DNA of 64,000 nucleotides from Saprospirales bacterium (lineage in GTDB: Bacteria; Bacteroidota; Bacteroidia; Chitinophagales; Saprospiraceae): positions 5,488-69,487 of the forward strand of contig JANNMS010000263.1 of assembly GCA_031398055.1 (NCBI GenBank). The letters are read 5' to 3'. The translations under genes and the position numbers were made by a program. The notes under the pieces were generated by a model. The model was not told the origin of the DNA, searched no databases, and worked only from the letters and a program-made list of their open reading frames with translations. Position 1 is the stretch's first letter; each line of letters opens with the position of its first letter. Below are positions 48,002 through 57,200 of the stretch, one piece after another.

Positions 48002-49144
48002 ATGAATGTCTCCGAACTTTTGCACCGCGCCCTGAAACTCGAATGGCTCACCCCGGACGAGGGCGTTTTTTTGTTTGAAAATGCGGCGACCGCCGAGTTG
48101 ATGTACGTCGGAAATCGCATCCGACAACACCATGTTCCCGGAAAAATAGTTACATGGATTATTGACCGAAATTCAAATACCACAAATGTTTGTAATGCAA
48201 ATTGTAAATTTTGCAATTTCTATCGTCGTCCTGGACACGAAGAGGCATATATAACGACCATTGAAGAATATCGGATAAAAATTGAGGAAACCTTCAAATT
48301 GGGCGGCGAACAATTGCTTTTGCAGGGCGGACACCACCCGGATTTGGGCTTGAAATTTTACTCGGATTTGTTCCGGGAGTTGAAAAGTGAGTACCCAAAT
48401 TTGAAATTGCACGCCCTCGGCCCGCCGGAAATCGCGCACGTCGCCAAACTCGAAGGCATGACGCATTTTGATGTGTTGTCAAAATTGAAGGACGCGGGGC
48501 TGGATTCTTTGCCCGGCGCGGGCGCGGAAATTTTGGATGACCAAGTCCGGCGGCTGATTTCAAAAGGAAAATGCGGCGGCGAGGAATGGCTGAACGTGAT
48601 GCGGGCGGCGCACAAATTGCGGCTGACGACCTCCGCAACGATGATGTTCGGCCACATCGAAACGAACCTGCAACGGATGGAACATTTTGCCGCGCTCCGG
48701 CAAGTCCAATCCGAAAAACCTGCCGACGCGAACGGATTTTTGGCCTTCATTCCGTGGCCATTTCAGGACGAGGACACGATTTTGAAAAAATTGAAACGTG
48801 CGCGAAACGCCGTGACTGGCGACGAATATATTCGAATGATTGCGATGTCCAGAATTATGTTGCCAAATATTAAAAATATTCAAGCATCTTGGTTGACGGT
48901 CGGAAAGCAGGTCGCGCAGGTTTGTTTGCAGGCCGGGGCGAACGATTTTGGGTCAATTATGATCGAAGAAAATGTGGTTTCTGCGGCTGGTGCGCGTTTT
49001 CGTTTCACGGCGCAGGGCATTCAAGATGCGATCTGCGAGGCCGGATTTGAACCAAAATTGAGGAACCAACAATATGAATTTCGGGAAATTCCGGCGGGCA
49101 TTTTGCAGCAAAAACTCGATGAAAAAACGATGATTGTAGATTAA
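48002..49144 (+). CDS. mqnC: Radical SAM enzyme of the futalosine menaquinone pathway (MqnC/MqnE family; MqnC-like)
   Basis: CxxxCxxC cluster motif CNANCKFCNF, then GGHHP and ...FIPWPFQ... Confidence 0.6.
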   Translation: MNVSELLHRALKLEWLTPDEGVFLFENAATAELMYVGNRIRQHHVPGKIVTWIIDRNSNTTNVCNANCKFCNFYRRPGHEEAYITTIEEYRIKIEETFKLGGEQLLLQGGHHPDLGLKFYSDLFRELKSEYPNLKLHALGPPEIAHVAKLEGMTHFDVLSKLKDAGLDSLPGAGAEILDDQVRRLISKGKCGGEEWLNVMRAAHKLRLTTSATMMFGHIETNLQRMEHFAALRQVQSEKPADANGFLAFIPWPFQDEDTILKKLKRARNAVTGDEYIRMIAMSRIMLPNIKNIQASWLTVGKQVAQVCLQAGANDFGSIMIEENVVSAAGARFRFTAQGIQDAICEAGFEPKLRNQQYEFREIPAGILQQKLDEKTMIVD

Positions 49145-49148
49145 AAAA

Positions 49149-49190
49149 GTGAGAGATGTGAGAGCGGGGAGAGTTGTGAGAATTTGTGAA
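49149..49190. repeat. Left 'GTGAGAG-word' arm flanking the four-helix-bundle gene
   Basis: gtgagagatgtgagagcggggagagttgtgagaatttgtgaa. It shares a 14-nt exact complement (gagagttgtgagaa) with 49610-49649. Confidence 0.75.
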
Positions 49191-49221
49191 ACCTCACATA
49201 TTTATAAATCAAATCAATATT

Positions 49222-49581
49222 ATGACTCACGAAGAATTCAATGAAGGATTTAGGAATAGGACAAAAGCTTTTGCCGTTCGTGTTTTAAAACTTTCAGAAA
49301 GATTGCCCCAAAATCCCGGAACAAGGGTCGTTGTTTTTCAAATTTGCAAATCAGCAACTTCCACAGGGGCCAATTTTCGCGCATTTTGTCGGGGGAGTTC
49401 GCAAAATGAAAAATTTGCCAAAATTTGTATCGTCGTTGAGGAAATTGACGAGACTGTTTATTGGCTTGAAATCATTGAAGACGCCAAATATGACGAATCA
49501 CCAGAACTTGCGGCATTGCTTCAAGAAGGCATCGAAATTCTAAAAGTTTGTGCTAAAATTAAAACAAATATCCACCCATGA
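49222..49581 (+). CDS. Four-helix-bundle protein (23S rRNA intervening-sequence protein family)
   Basis: ...FRNRTKAFAVRVLKLSERLPQNPG...ICKSATSTGANFRAFCRGSSQNEKFAKICIVVEEIDETVYWLEII is typical of this family. Confidence 0.85.
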   Translation: MTHEEFNEGFRNRTKAFAVRVLKLSERLPQNPGTRVVVFQICKSATSTGANFRAFCRGSSQNEKFAKICIVVEEIDETVYWLEIIEDAKYDESPELAALLQEGIEILKVCAKIKTNIHP

Positions 49582-50654
49582 TACATTCCGAACGCCCGGC
49601 AAACGCAGTTTTCTCACCGTTCTCACAACTCTCAAAACTCTCACGTCTCCGTTTCCCAGCCGAATGGGAAAATCAATCTGCCGTCCAACTCACTTTTCCG
49701 CACGCCGGAACCGATTGGGCAGATGTTTTGGAAGAAGTCATGCCGTGTTTTGTGAAAATCGCCGAAATCATCAGCCGTTTTCAAAAAGTGCTGGTCGTTT
49801 GCCAAGACATTTCCGAGACAAAAAATTTGTTGAAAAACGCAAACCCAGAAAATTTGCTGTTCGCAAAAGTGCCGTCGAACGATACTTGGGCACGTGACCA
49901 TGCTGGAATTACTGTTTTTGAAAATGAAAAACCGGTCGTTTTGGACTTCATTTTCAATGGCTGGGGTTTAAAATTCCCTGCCGACAAAGACAATTTGATA
50001 ACTGGAAAACTTTTCAAAAAGAAGATTTTTAAAGCAAAACTCCGGCACGGCGGTTTGGTTTTGGAGGGCGGCGCACTCGAATCCGATGGTTTGGGAACGC
50101 TTTTGACGACCTCGGAATGTTTGCTTTCGCCAAACCGGAACCCCCATTTTTCAAAAAAACAAATTGAAAATCGGTTGAAAAAATTGTTCGGCCTCGACCG
50201 CATTCTCTGGCTGAACCACGGCTACCTCGCGGGCGACGACACGGACTCGCACATTGACACGCTGGCGCGTTTTTGCGATGTTGAAACGATTGCTTTTGTT
50301 CGCTGCGACGACCCGACTGACAAACATTTTTCGGCACTTCAAAAAATGGAAATGGAGTTGAAAACCTTTCGGCAAGCCAACGGCGAACCGTACAAATTGG
50401 TAGCCCTGCCGATGACTGACGCAATCTATGATTCTGATAATCAACGACTTCCGGCGACCTACGCCAATTTTTTAATTATCAACGGCGGAGTTTTGGTTCC
50501 AATTTATGGCGTGCCGCAGGACGGCGAGGCGTTGAAAATTTTTGAAAAAATATTTGCCGACCGGCAGATTATCGGCATCAATTGCCGCTCGCTGATTTTG
50601 CAGCACGGGTCGTTGCATTGTGTTACGATGCAGTTTCCGGCGGGAGTGATTTGA
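49578..50654 (+). CDS. Agmatine deiminase family protein (PAD_porph fold)
   Basis: FPAEWENQSAVQLTFPH, DTWARDHAG, GGALESDGLGTLLTT, HIDTLARF and catalytic GSLHCVTMQ. ATGA overlap with the preceding gene. Confidence 0.88.
   Translation: MIHSERPANAVFSPFSQLSKLSRLRFPAEWENQSAVQLTFPHAGTDWADVLEEVMPCFVKIAEIISRFQKVLVVCQDISETKNLLKNANPENLLFAKVPSNDTWARDHAGITVFENEKPVVLDFIFNGWGLKFPADKDNLITGKLFKKKIFKAKLRHGGLVLEGGALESDGLGTLLTTSECLLSPNRNPHFSKKQIENRLKKLFGLDRILWLNHGYLAGDDTDSHIDTLARFCDVETIAFVRCDDPTDKHFSALQKMEMELKTFRQANGEPYKLVALPMTDAIYDSDNQRLPATYANFLIINGGVLVPIYGVPQDGEALKIFEKIFADRQIIGINCRSLILQHGSLHCVTMQFPAGVI
49610..49649. repeat. Right 'CTCTCAC-word' arm, lying inside the annotated 5' end of the agmatine deiminase ORF
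   Basis: ttctcaccgttctcacaactctcaaaactctcacgtctc is complementary in word content to 49149-49190. Confidence 0.75.
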
Positions 50655-50683
50655 AGTCGAAATAAATTTCGACCTCCAATAAA

Positions 50684-50722
50684 AATGCCCCGACTCGGAA
50701 ATCCGATCCGGGGCATTTTTTT
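50684..50722. terminator. Bidirectional terminator between convergent genes
   Basis: aatgccccg (50684-50692) pairs with cggggcatt (50709-50717). It is flanked by AAAA and TTTTTT. Confidence 0.7.
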
Positions 50723-50738
50723 ACCAAAACCTCCAAAA

Positions 50739-51215
50739 TTATTCGCTGTAATCAAACGGAAGAATTTTGCTGTCTTTCACCGTGGAAAGGGTCATCAAAG
50801 TTTTCAAACGTTCGATTTCTTCGATTTGGCTCAAAGTTTTGAACAACAACTGCTCGTAACTTGGAATGTCTTTGCAGACAATTTTGATCAGAAAATCGGC
50901 CTCGCCGGTGATGATATAGCACTCGGCGATTTCATCGATTTTCATGATTTTGTCCAAAAAGTTGTTGAGCGCGTTTTCTTTTTTCCAAGCCAAAGAGACG
51001 AGGACAAAAGTTTTCACATTCAAACCCATCGTGTTTGGGTTCACGTTGGCGTGATAACTTTGGATGATGTCGCTTTGCTCCAATTTTTTCACCCGTTCGA
51101 GGGTTGGTGCTGGCGACAGACCAATCTTTTTGGAAAGGTCGAGGTTGGTGATTTTGGAATTCTCTTGAAGAATCTTCAAGATTTTCAGGTCGATTTTATC
51201 TAATTTTTCAGACAT
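50739..51215 (-). CDS. Lrp/AsnC-family transcriptional regulator
   Basis: LDKIDLKILKILQENSKITNLDLSKKIGLSPAPTLERVKKLE plus a C-terminal RAM domain. I prefer the start at 51215. Confidence 0.9.
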   Translation of the reverse strand: MSEKLDKIDLKILKILQENSKITNLDLSKKIGLSPAPTLERVKKLEQSDIIQSYHANVNPNTMGLNVKTFVLVSLAWKKENALNNFLDKIMKIDEIAECYIITGEADFLIKIVCKDIPSYEQLLFKTLSQIEEIERLKTLMTLSTVKDSKILPFDYSE

Positions 51216-51435
51216 GGTGGAAAGGTGTTGAAATTTTATTCTGTGTGAAATAATTTCCTCAAAGGTATGGCGGCCAAAAATATCTTGCAAGTGTTTTCAA
51301 AAAAAACCTTTGTAAATTTTGCGAACACTTCATTTTAGTCCAAAACCCCAAATTATCAAAACAGCGAAGTGCTAATTTTTAACTTTTCACCAATATAAAT
51401 TTGTCCGTTCCCAACCATTTTTTTTAATATGAAAT

Positions 51436-51496
51436 AAAAAAGCCGGTTTGAACGGCAATGCTGGTCGAAACCAAAACTTTTGCCAATCAAACCGGC
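51436..51496 (-). terminator. Terminator downstream of the glutamate dehydrogenase gene
   Basis: Stem gccggtttga (51442-51451) pairs with tcaaaccggc (51487-51496). On the minus strand it is followed by TTTTTTATTTC. The loop is large at 35 nt. Confidence 0.5.
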
Positions 51497-51551
51497 CAAT
51501 TCACTACTTTTCACCGTAGATAATACGGAAGGAGCAGTTTTGAAAATATTT

Positions 51552-52967
51552 TTACGGAAAAATCCCCATCGAAATGTAGTCGCTCGCCACTTTTTTCAAC
51601 GAGCAAACCAATGCCGCTGTCCGCAAATCCGGGATGTTCGGATCCATTTTGGCCGTTTCCCGAATTTGGTTGTAGGCCGTAATCATTGTGTCGGCCAAAC
51701 CAGAATTGACCAATTCGATTTCTGTACCGCCACGGGTCAAAAACTCACGTTCCCGCGCTGAAACTTTTTGGTTGGTCATGCTTTCAACTTTGGAAAGCAA
51801 ATTTTCAAAAGCATCGTGTTGAAAACGGTTTTCGAGACGCCCAAAACGGTGGTGGCTCAAATTTTTCAACCATTCAAAATACGAAACCGTCACGCCGCCA
51901 GCATTGATGTAAAAGTCGGGCAAAATGACGATGCCTTTTTTCTGCAAAATCGGGTCGGCTGCGCCAGTAATCGGGCCGTTTGCGGCTTCTGCGATGATTT
52001 TTGCTTTGATACGTGGTGCATTTTCTTCGGTAATCACGTTTTCCAAAGCCGCGGGTACCAAAATATCGCACTCCAATTCGAGCGCGGAATTCCTGTTGGG
52101 CAAAGTTGTCGTCCCCGGAAAACCCAAAATCGAACCTGTTTCTTTCCGAAAAGCCAACAGTTTTTCAATGTTGATGCCTTTTTCAGAATGAATCGAACCT
52201 TCAAATTCCGCCACACCGATGACTTTTACATCGCCTTCCGTTTGAGAAATCATGGAAGCGTACGAACCCACATTTCCCAAACCTTGCACAACCATTGTTT
52301 TGCCGCCGATGCCTTTTTTCAAACCGATTTTTTTCATGTCTTCCGCGTGGCTCATGCACTCGCGGAGGCCGTAAAAAACGCCGCGTCCGGTGGCTTCGGT
52401 ACGGCCTCGGATGCCGTTTTGGGTCACGGGTTTGCCGGTCACGCAAGCGATGCCGTCAATTTCACCATGTTTAAAAGCCAAATACGTGTCCAAAATCCAG
52501 GACATTTCGCGCGGGCCAGTGCCATAATCAGGCGCGGGCACGTCAATTCCAGGGCCGATAAAATTCTTTTTAATCAATTCGGTGGTGTACCGCCGCGTGA
52601 TTTTTTGCAATTCATCCACCGAATACTTTTTCGGGTTGATTTTGATGCCGCCTTTTGCCCCGCCGAACGGCACGTCCACGAGCGCGCATTTGTAAGTCAT
52701 CAGCGCGGCGAGTGCCATCACTTCGTCTTGATCAACCGATTCGGCAAAACGAATCCCGCCTTTTGTCGGCATCCGATGGTGCGAATGTTGCACGCGGTAG
52801 GCCTCGATAACTTCGTATCCGTCGCCGATTTTCACCGGAAAACGCATTTGCAAAACGAGGTTGCAGGCTTTGATTTGTTCAACTAGACCCTTTGGAATGT
52901 CTGTGAACGATGCAGCTTTGTCAACGAACTGCTCAACGGTTGCGAAAAAACTGGTTGTTCCGCTCAT
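51552..52967 (-). CDS. Glutamate dehydrogenase, vertebrate (GLUD1)-like class
   Basis: KGGIRF, MTYKCALVDVPFGGAKGGIKINPKKYS, GPGIDVPAPDYGTG, NAGGVTVSYFEWLKNL. Confidence 0.92.
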   Translation of the reverse strand: MSGTTSFFATVEQFVDKAASFTDIPKGLVEQIKACNLVLQMRFPVKIGDGYEVIEAYRVQHSHHRMPTKGGIRFAESVDQDEVMALAALMTYKCALVDVPFGGAKGGIKINPKKYSVDELQKITRRYTTELIKKNFIGPGIDVPAPDYGTGPREMSWILDTYLAFKHGEIDGIACVTGKPVTQNGIRGRTEATGRGVFYGLRECMSHAEDMKKIGLKKGIGGKTMVVQGLGNVGSYASMISQTEGDVKVIGVAEFEGSIHSEKGINIEKLLAFRKETGSILGFPGTTTLPNRNSALELECDILVPAALENVITEENAPRIKAKIIAEAANGPITGAADPILQKKGIVILPDFYINAGGVTVSYFEWLKNLSHHRFGRLENRFQHDAFENLLSKVESMTNQKVSAREREFLTRGGTEIELVNSGLADTMITAYNQIRETAKMDPNIPDLRTAALVCSLKKVASDYISMGIFP

Positions 52968-53188
52968 TTGTCGTTGTGAATTTGGTGCTCAATGTTGGTT
53001 AGCTTCCGCTCGAGCCTGAACAACCAGACAACAATTCCGAAGAAAATCACCAGAATAACTCCCGTCACCACGCCAATTTTTCCGGTTTCGCGCATAAAAT
53101 CGCGGTTGCCCTGTGCCCAAGCGGCGGGCAAATGTAAACAGCCAAACAAAATGATTGGTAAAATTTTTTTGAAAATGTAAAATTTCAT
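52964..53188 (-). CDS. Small signal-peptide + single-TM protein, CcmD-family-like
   Basis: ...DFMRETGKIGVVTGVILVIFFGIVVWLFRLERKLTNIE matches my memory of Bacteroidota 'CcmD family' small proteins. ATGA overlap with the gdh start. Confidence 0.45.
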   Translation of the reverse strand: MKFYIFKKILPIILFGCLHLPAAWAQGNRDFMRETGKIGVVTGVILVIFFGIVVWLFRLERKLTNIEHQIHNDK

Positions 53189-53216
53189 GTGTCGAGTATA
53201 AGCCTTTTTTTAAAAT

Positions 53217-53999
53217 TTATTTTCTAATCGTATAAATCAGTCCGCCGGAGATGTAAAATTTCGAGCCGATAATTTCCGGAATTGTCGAAAATCCCATCTG
53301 CCCCTGAAATTTCATTTTCCGCCAGCCCATCCGAACCGTGACCGCTGGTTCGAAAACCACAAATTGGTTTTTTTCTTCCAACAAATACCGATAGATTTTT
53401 TTTGCTTCTGGGTCATTTCCAGTAAAAGTCCCGGACAAATAATCCAAATATGAAATCCGTGTCGAAATCCCCAATTCAATCGCCGAATTCAAATACCCGA
53501 CGGAAGGTTGCAAAAACAACCGCGTAAAACTAACTTTCGAATCTCCGCGAATTGGCACGCCCGGCGTCGGTGGCGGAAAAAAAATGCTTGATCCATCGTC
53601 GCCGTCCACATATTTATTGAAATAACCGCCCCAGCCCGCGCCGCCATAAATTTCAAAAACCGCCCCATCCGGTTTGCCCGCCTCTGCATATTCGTTGGGT
53701 CGGAACCAAAAACGGCCAGCCCCGATTTCCATCATCCCACCTTTTAATTTCGACTCGTTTTGACCGGACAAAGTCCACGAGCCGTTCGCGATGACACCAT
53801 ATTTATGGTGTACCGCTTTTGCAAATTGAAAATCGCCGGACTGGAAAAAATTCGGGCTCGCCAATCCGCCCGAAATCCGTTGGTCGCCTTTTTTCGTCAA
53901 CATTGGCTGGTTGTGCGTGTTCGGGATATATTGATGGTGCAAACAGGAGGTAAAAAAAAGGCAAATGGCCAAAAAAAGAAGCGTGGCTAAGTTTTTCAT
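53217..53999 (-). CDS. Hypothetical lipoprotein / beta-rich outer-membrane protein
   Basis: Lipobox LAICLFFTSCLHH at the preferred start MKNLATL (53999). Gly/aromatic-rich beta pattern. Confidence 0.55.
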   Translation of the reverse strand: MKNLATLLFLAICLFFTSCLHHQYIPNTHNQPMLTKKGDQRISGGLASPNFFQSGDFQFAKAVHHKYGVIANGSWTLSGQNESKLKGGMMEIGAGRFWFRPNEYAEAGKPDGAVFEIYGGAGWGGYFNKYVDGDDGSSIFFPPPTPGVPIRGDSKVSFTRLFLQPSVGYLNSAIELGISTRISYLDYLSGTFTGNDPEAKKIYRYLLEEKNQFVVFEPAVTVRMGWRKMKFQGQMGFSTIPEIIGSKFYISGGLIYTIRK

Positions 54000-54192
54000 A
54001 CGCAAGAATTTTTTTCGTGAAAGATGTTTTTTTCGTGAAATAGGTTTGCCGTCGGGCAAATTTGCTGCACGATTTTCGAAGTCTGGTTTTGAAAATGTTA
54101 AAACTGAAATTTTATTTTTCAATGCGTTTCGTAACTTTGATTTTAGAAAATTTGCGCGAAAATTTTGTGCAATTTTCCACCTTCACCCCATC

Positions 54193-54264
54193 TAGTTATT
54201 GGGAAATTGGGAAATTAGTTATTTGTCTGCCCAATAACCAATTCCCCAATTTCCTAATAACCAA
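54193..54264. repeat. 'Word' hairpin (TTATTGG / GGAAATT words), the same word family as 692-755 and 3869-3970
   Basis: tagttattgggaaattgggaaattagttatt faces ccaataaccaattccccaatttcctaataaccaa, just upstream of the A2M gene. Confidence 0.8.
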
Positions 54265-54291
54265 TTTCTAATCACCAAAATCAAATTCACT

Positions 54292-57200
54292 TTGAACTCA
54301 AAAATCATCATCCGCGCGAGCCTCTTTTTATGCCTCGCAACCATCCTCACCTTTTGCAAATCAACCAAAACTAAACCAACCACCATGCTTTCTGGCGATT
54401 ACCAAACCGATTGGGCGCGTGTCGACACCCTCGAAATACAGGGCTTGCCGCAGTCCGCGCTCGAAATTGTTGAAAAAATTTACACCGCCGCAAAACGCGA
54501 CGGCAAACCCGAACAAGTCCTCAAAACCTTGATTTTCAAATCAAAATACATTTCCCAGCGCGAGGAAGACGGTTTTGAAAAGGCAATTTCGATGCTCGAA
54601 AATGAACTTTCCGGCCTGCCGATGGCCGAAAACGCCATTTTACATTCGATGCTCGGCGAACTTTATGGCCAATATTTACAGCAACGCGGCTGGCAAATCC
54701 GCCAACGCACGCCTCTCGCCTCAGGCGAGACCGGCGATATTTTAACTTGGACGGCCGCCGACATCGAAAATCAAGCGTTTCAACATTATCTAAAATCGGT
54801 TGAAAATGAAAATGCGCTGCTCGCCGTGCCCATTTCAAATTACAAAGAAATCACGCTGCCCGGCCTCGGCGACACTTTGACCGCGCCGCTCCGCCCCACC
54901 CTTTTCGATTTTTTGGCGCACCGAGCGCTTGATTTTGCCGGAAACCCGGCCAATTATTTGACCGAACCGGAGTACAAATTTGAACTTTCGCAGCCCGTCG
55001 CGTTCGCCCCGGCGGCGGAATTTGTCGCCGCAAAATTTGAAACCGAGGATAAAACTTCCCGCAAATTTTTGGCCGTCCAACTTTTCCAACGCGTCCTGAA
55101 AACGCATTTAAATGATGCCGACATTTCAAATTTGGTCGTCGCGGATTTGCAGCGTTTGAAATTTTCATATCAAAATTCGACGCTCGAAAACAAGCAGGAA
55201 CTGTTCAAAAATGCCCTCGAAAACCTGCGAAAAAAAGCCGCCGCCCACCCGTCCGATGGCGGAGTCAACCCGGACAAAAATAAATTTTCGCAAGTGCACG
55301 ACCTCGAACGTGGTGCCGGGCACCCGTCCGAGGCCGAGGTCGTCTTCGAATTGGCCTCGCTCCTTGTCCAAACTGCCGAACCCGACGACCCGAAAAAACA
55401 ACTGCCCGCCGCTGCAAAAATTTGCCGTGAGGCGATTGCAAAATACCCCAAATCGTTCGGGGCAAAACAGTGCGAAACCTTGCTTTTGCAAATCACCCGC
55501 CCCGATTTGAGCATTCAAATTGAGAATAATTTGCTACCCGAACAGCCCGGTTTGACGAACGTGAATTTTAAAAATTTGAAAAAAATCTGGGCAAAAGTGG
55601 TCGCTTTTGACCTGCGCGATGCCAACCCAGAAAATCGGTACGAGCCTGATTTTCAGAAAAAATTGATTCAAAAACTCAACGAGCAACCAGCCGCCGGGCT
55701 GCGCGAGTGGAATTTTCAAACCGAAGAAGATTTCCGCTCGCACCGCACCGAAATCAGTTTTGGTGGCATGCCGCTCGGAAATTACGTTTTGTTAGTCTCT
55801 GAAAATCAACAGTTTAACCCTGAAAATGGGCGTGTTTGCTTGGCGGATTTTACCGTGACGAATATCTCCGTTTTGAAATTTCAAAATCAAGGAACTGAAA
55901 ATTTCATCGCCGCGCACCGCAAAACCGGCCAACCGATGCCGGGCGTTCACCTCGAATTTTTCAAAAATAATTGGGGCAGCGGCCGCCTGAATTTTGACAA
56001 AATCGGCGAAGCAAACACCGACCAAAACGGCCTGGCGAAGTTCGATTTTCCAAAAAACGAATATTATCAAATTGAAATCCGTGCGAGTTTCGACCGCGAC
56101 ACGGCTTGGGTTGGCAGCAGCACGACGGGCTATTCCGAGGACAATTCGCCGGGTCGCCGCGAGGTCAAAATTTTCACCGACCGCGCGATTTACCGCCCCG
56201 GCCAGCTCGTGTATTTCAAAGGTATCGCGCTGAGTTTTGACAAAAAAAATGTGCCGAGCATCGTCAAAAATGAAAAACTGGACTTCATTTTTAAAGATGC
56301 AAATTATCAGGAAAAAGGACGCATCACGTTGACAACCAACGAGTTCGGGACTTGCAACGGCGTTTTCACCGCGCCGTCGGGCGGGCTGACCGGCCAAATG
56401 CAAATCGAAGTGGAGAACTTGGGAAGTACTTCATTTTCCGTCGAAGAATACAAACGGCCCAAATTCGAGGTCGTTTTTGAACAGCCAAAAGAGTCGTTCA
56501 AACTTGGCCAAAAAGTGAAAATCAGCGGCACGGCCAAAAATTTTGCAGGCTCTTCGGTCGGCGACGCGGCGGTCAAATTTGTGGTCAATCGCGAGGCACA
56601 TTTCCCATTTTGGGGCTGGGGCGGCTGGGGTTTCAAAAGTTTTTTCCCGCGGACGAACAACCGCCAAATTGCCAGCGGAACGATAAAAACCGACGCGGAC
56701 GGACGTTTTGAAATCGAATTTTTGGCCGAACCGGACGTGGCAATTGACAAAAAATTGAAGCCAAATTTTGGTTTTTCGGTCACGGCGGACGTGACGGATT
56801 CGAACGGCGAGACTCAAACTGGCTCGAAAACCATCGAAATTGGCTACGTTTCGTTGCTCGTTGATTTGAAATTGCCGGACGAAATCGAACTCGATAGCCT
56901 GCGGAACGTGCCTTTGAAAATTACCAATTTGGCGGGCGAGCCGCAAAAAGTCTCCGGGCAAATTTTGCTGACGCGGCTCGTCGAACCGGGCAAAATTTTT
57001 CAAAAAAGATACTGGGACGAACCTGAAATTTGGACAATTCCGGAGGCAGATTTTCGCCGGGACTTCCCAAATTTTGCATTTAAAAATGAAGAAAACCCGG
57101 AAAAATGGGGAAGACAAGATTTTGTAAATTCAATAAATTTCGAAACCAAAAATTCAGGTTCGGAGAAATCCGAAATTGATTTGAACCTCGGAAAAACGCA

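Noticed and set aside
51768-52886. 372-aa ORF on the + strand
   Set aside because: It is antisense to glutamate dehydrogenase. It is a shadow ORF.
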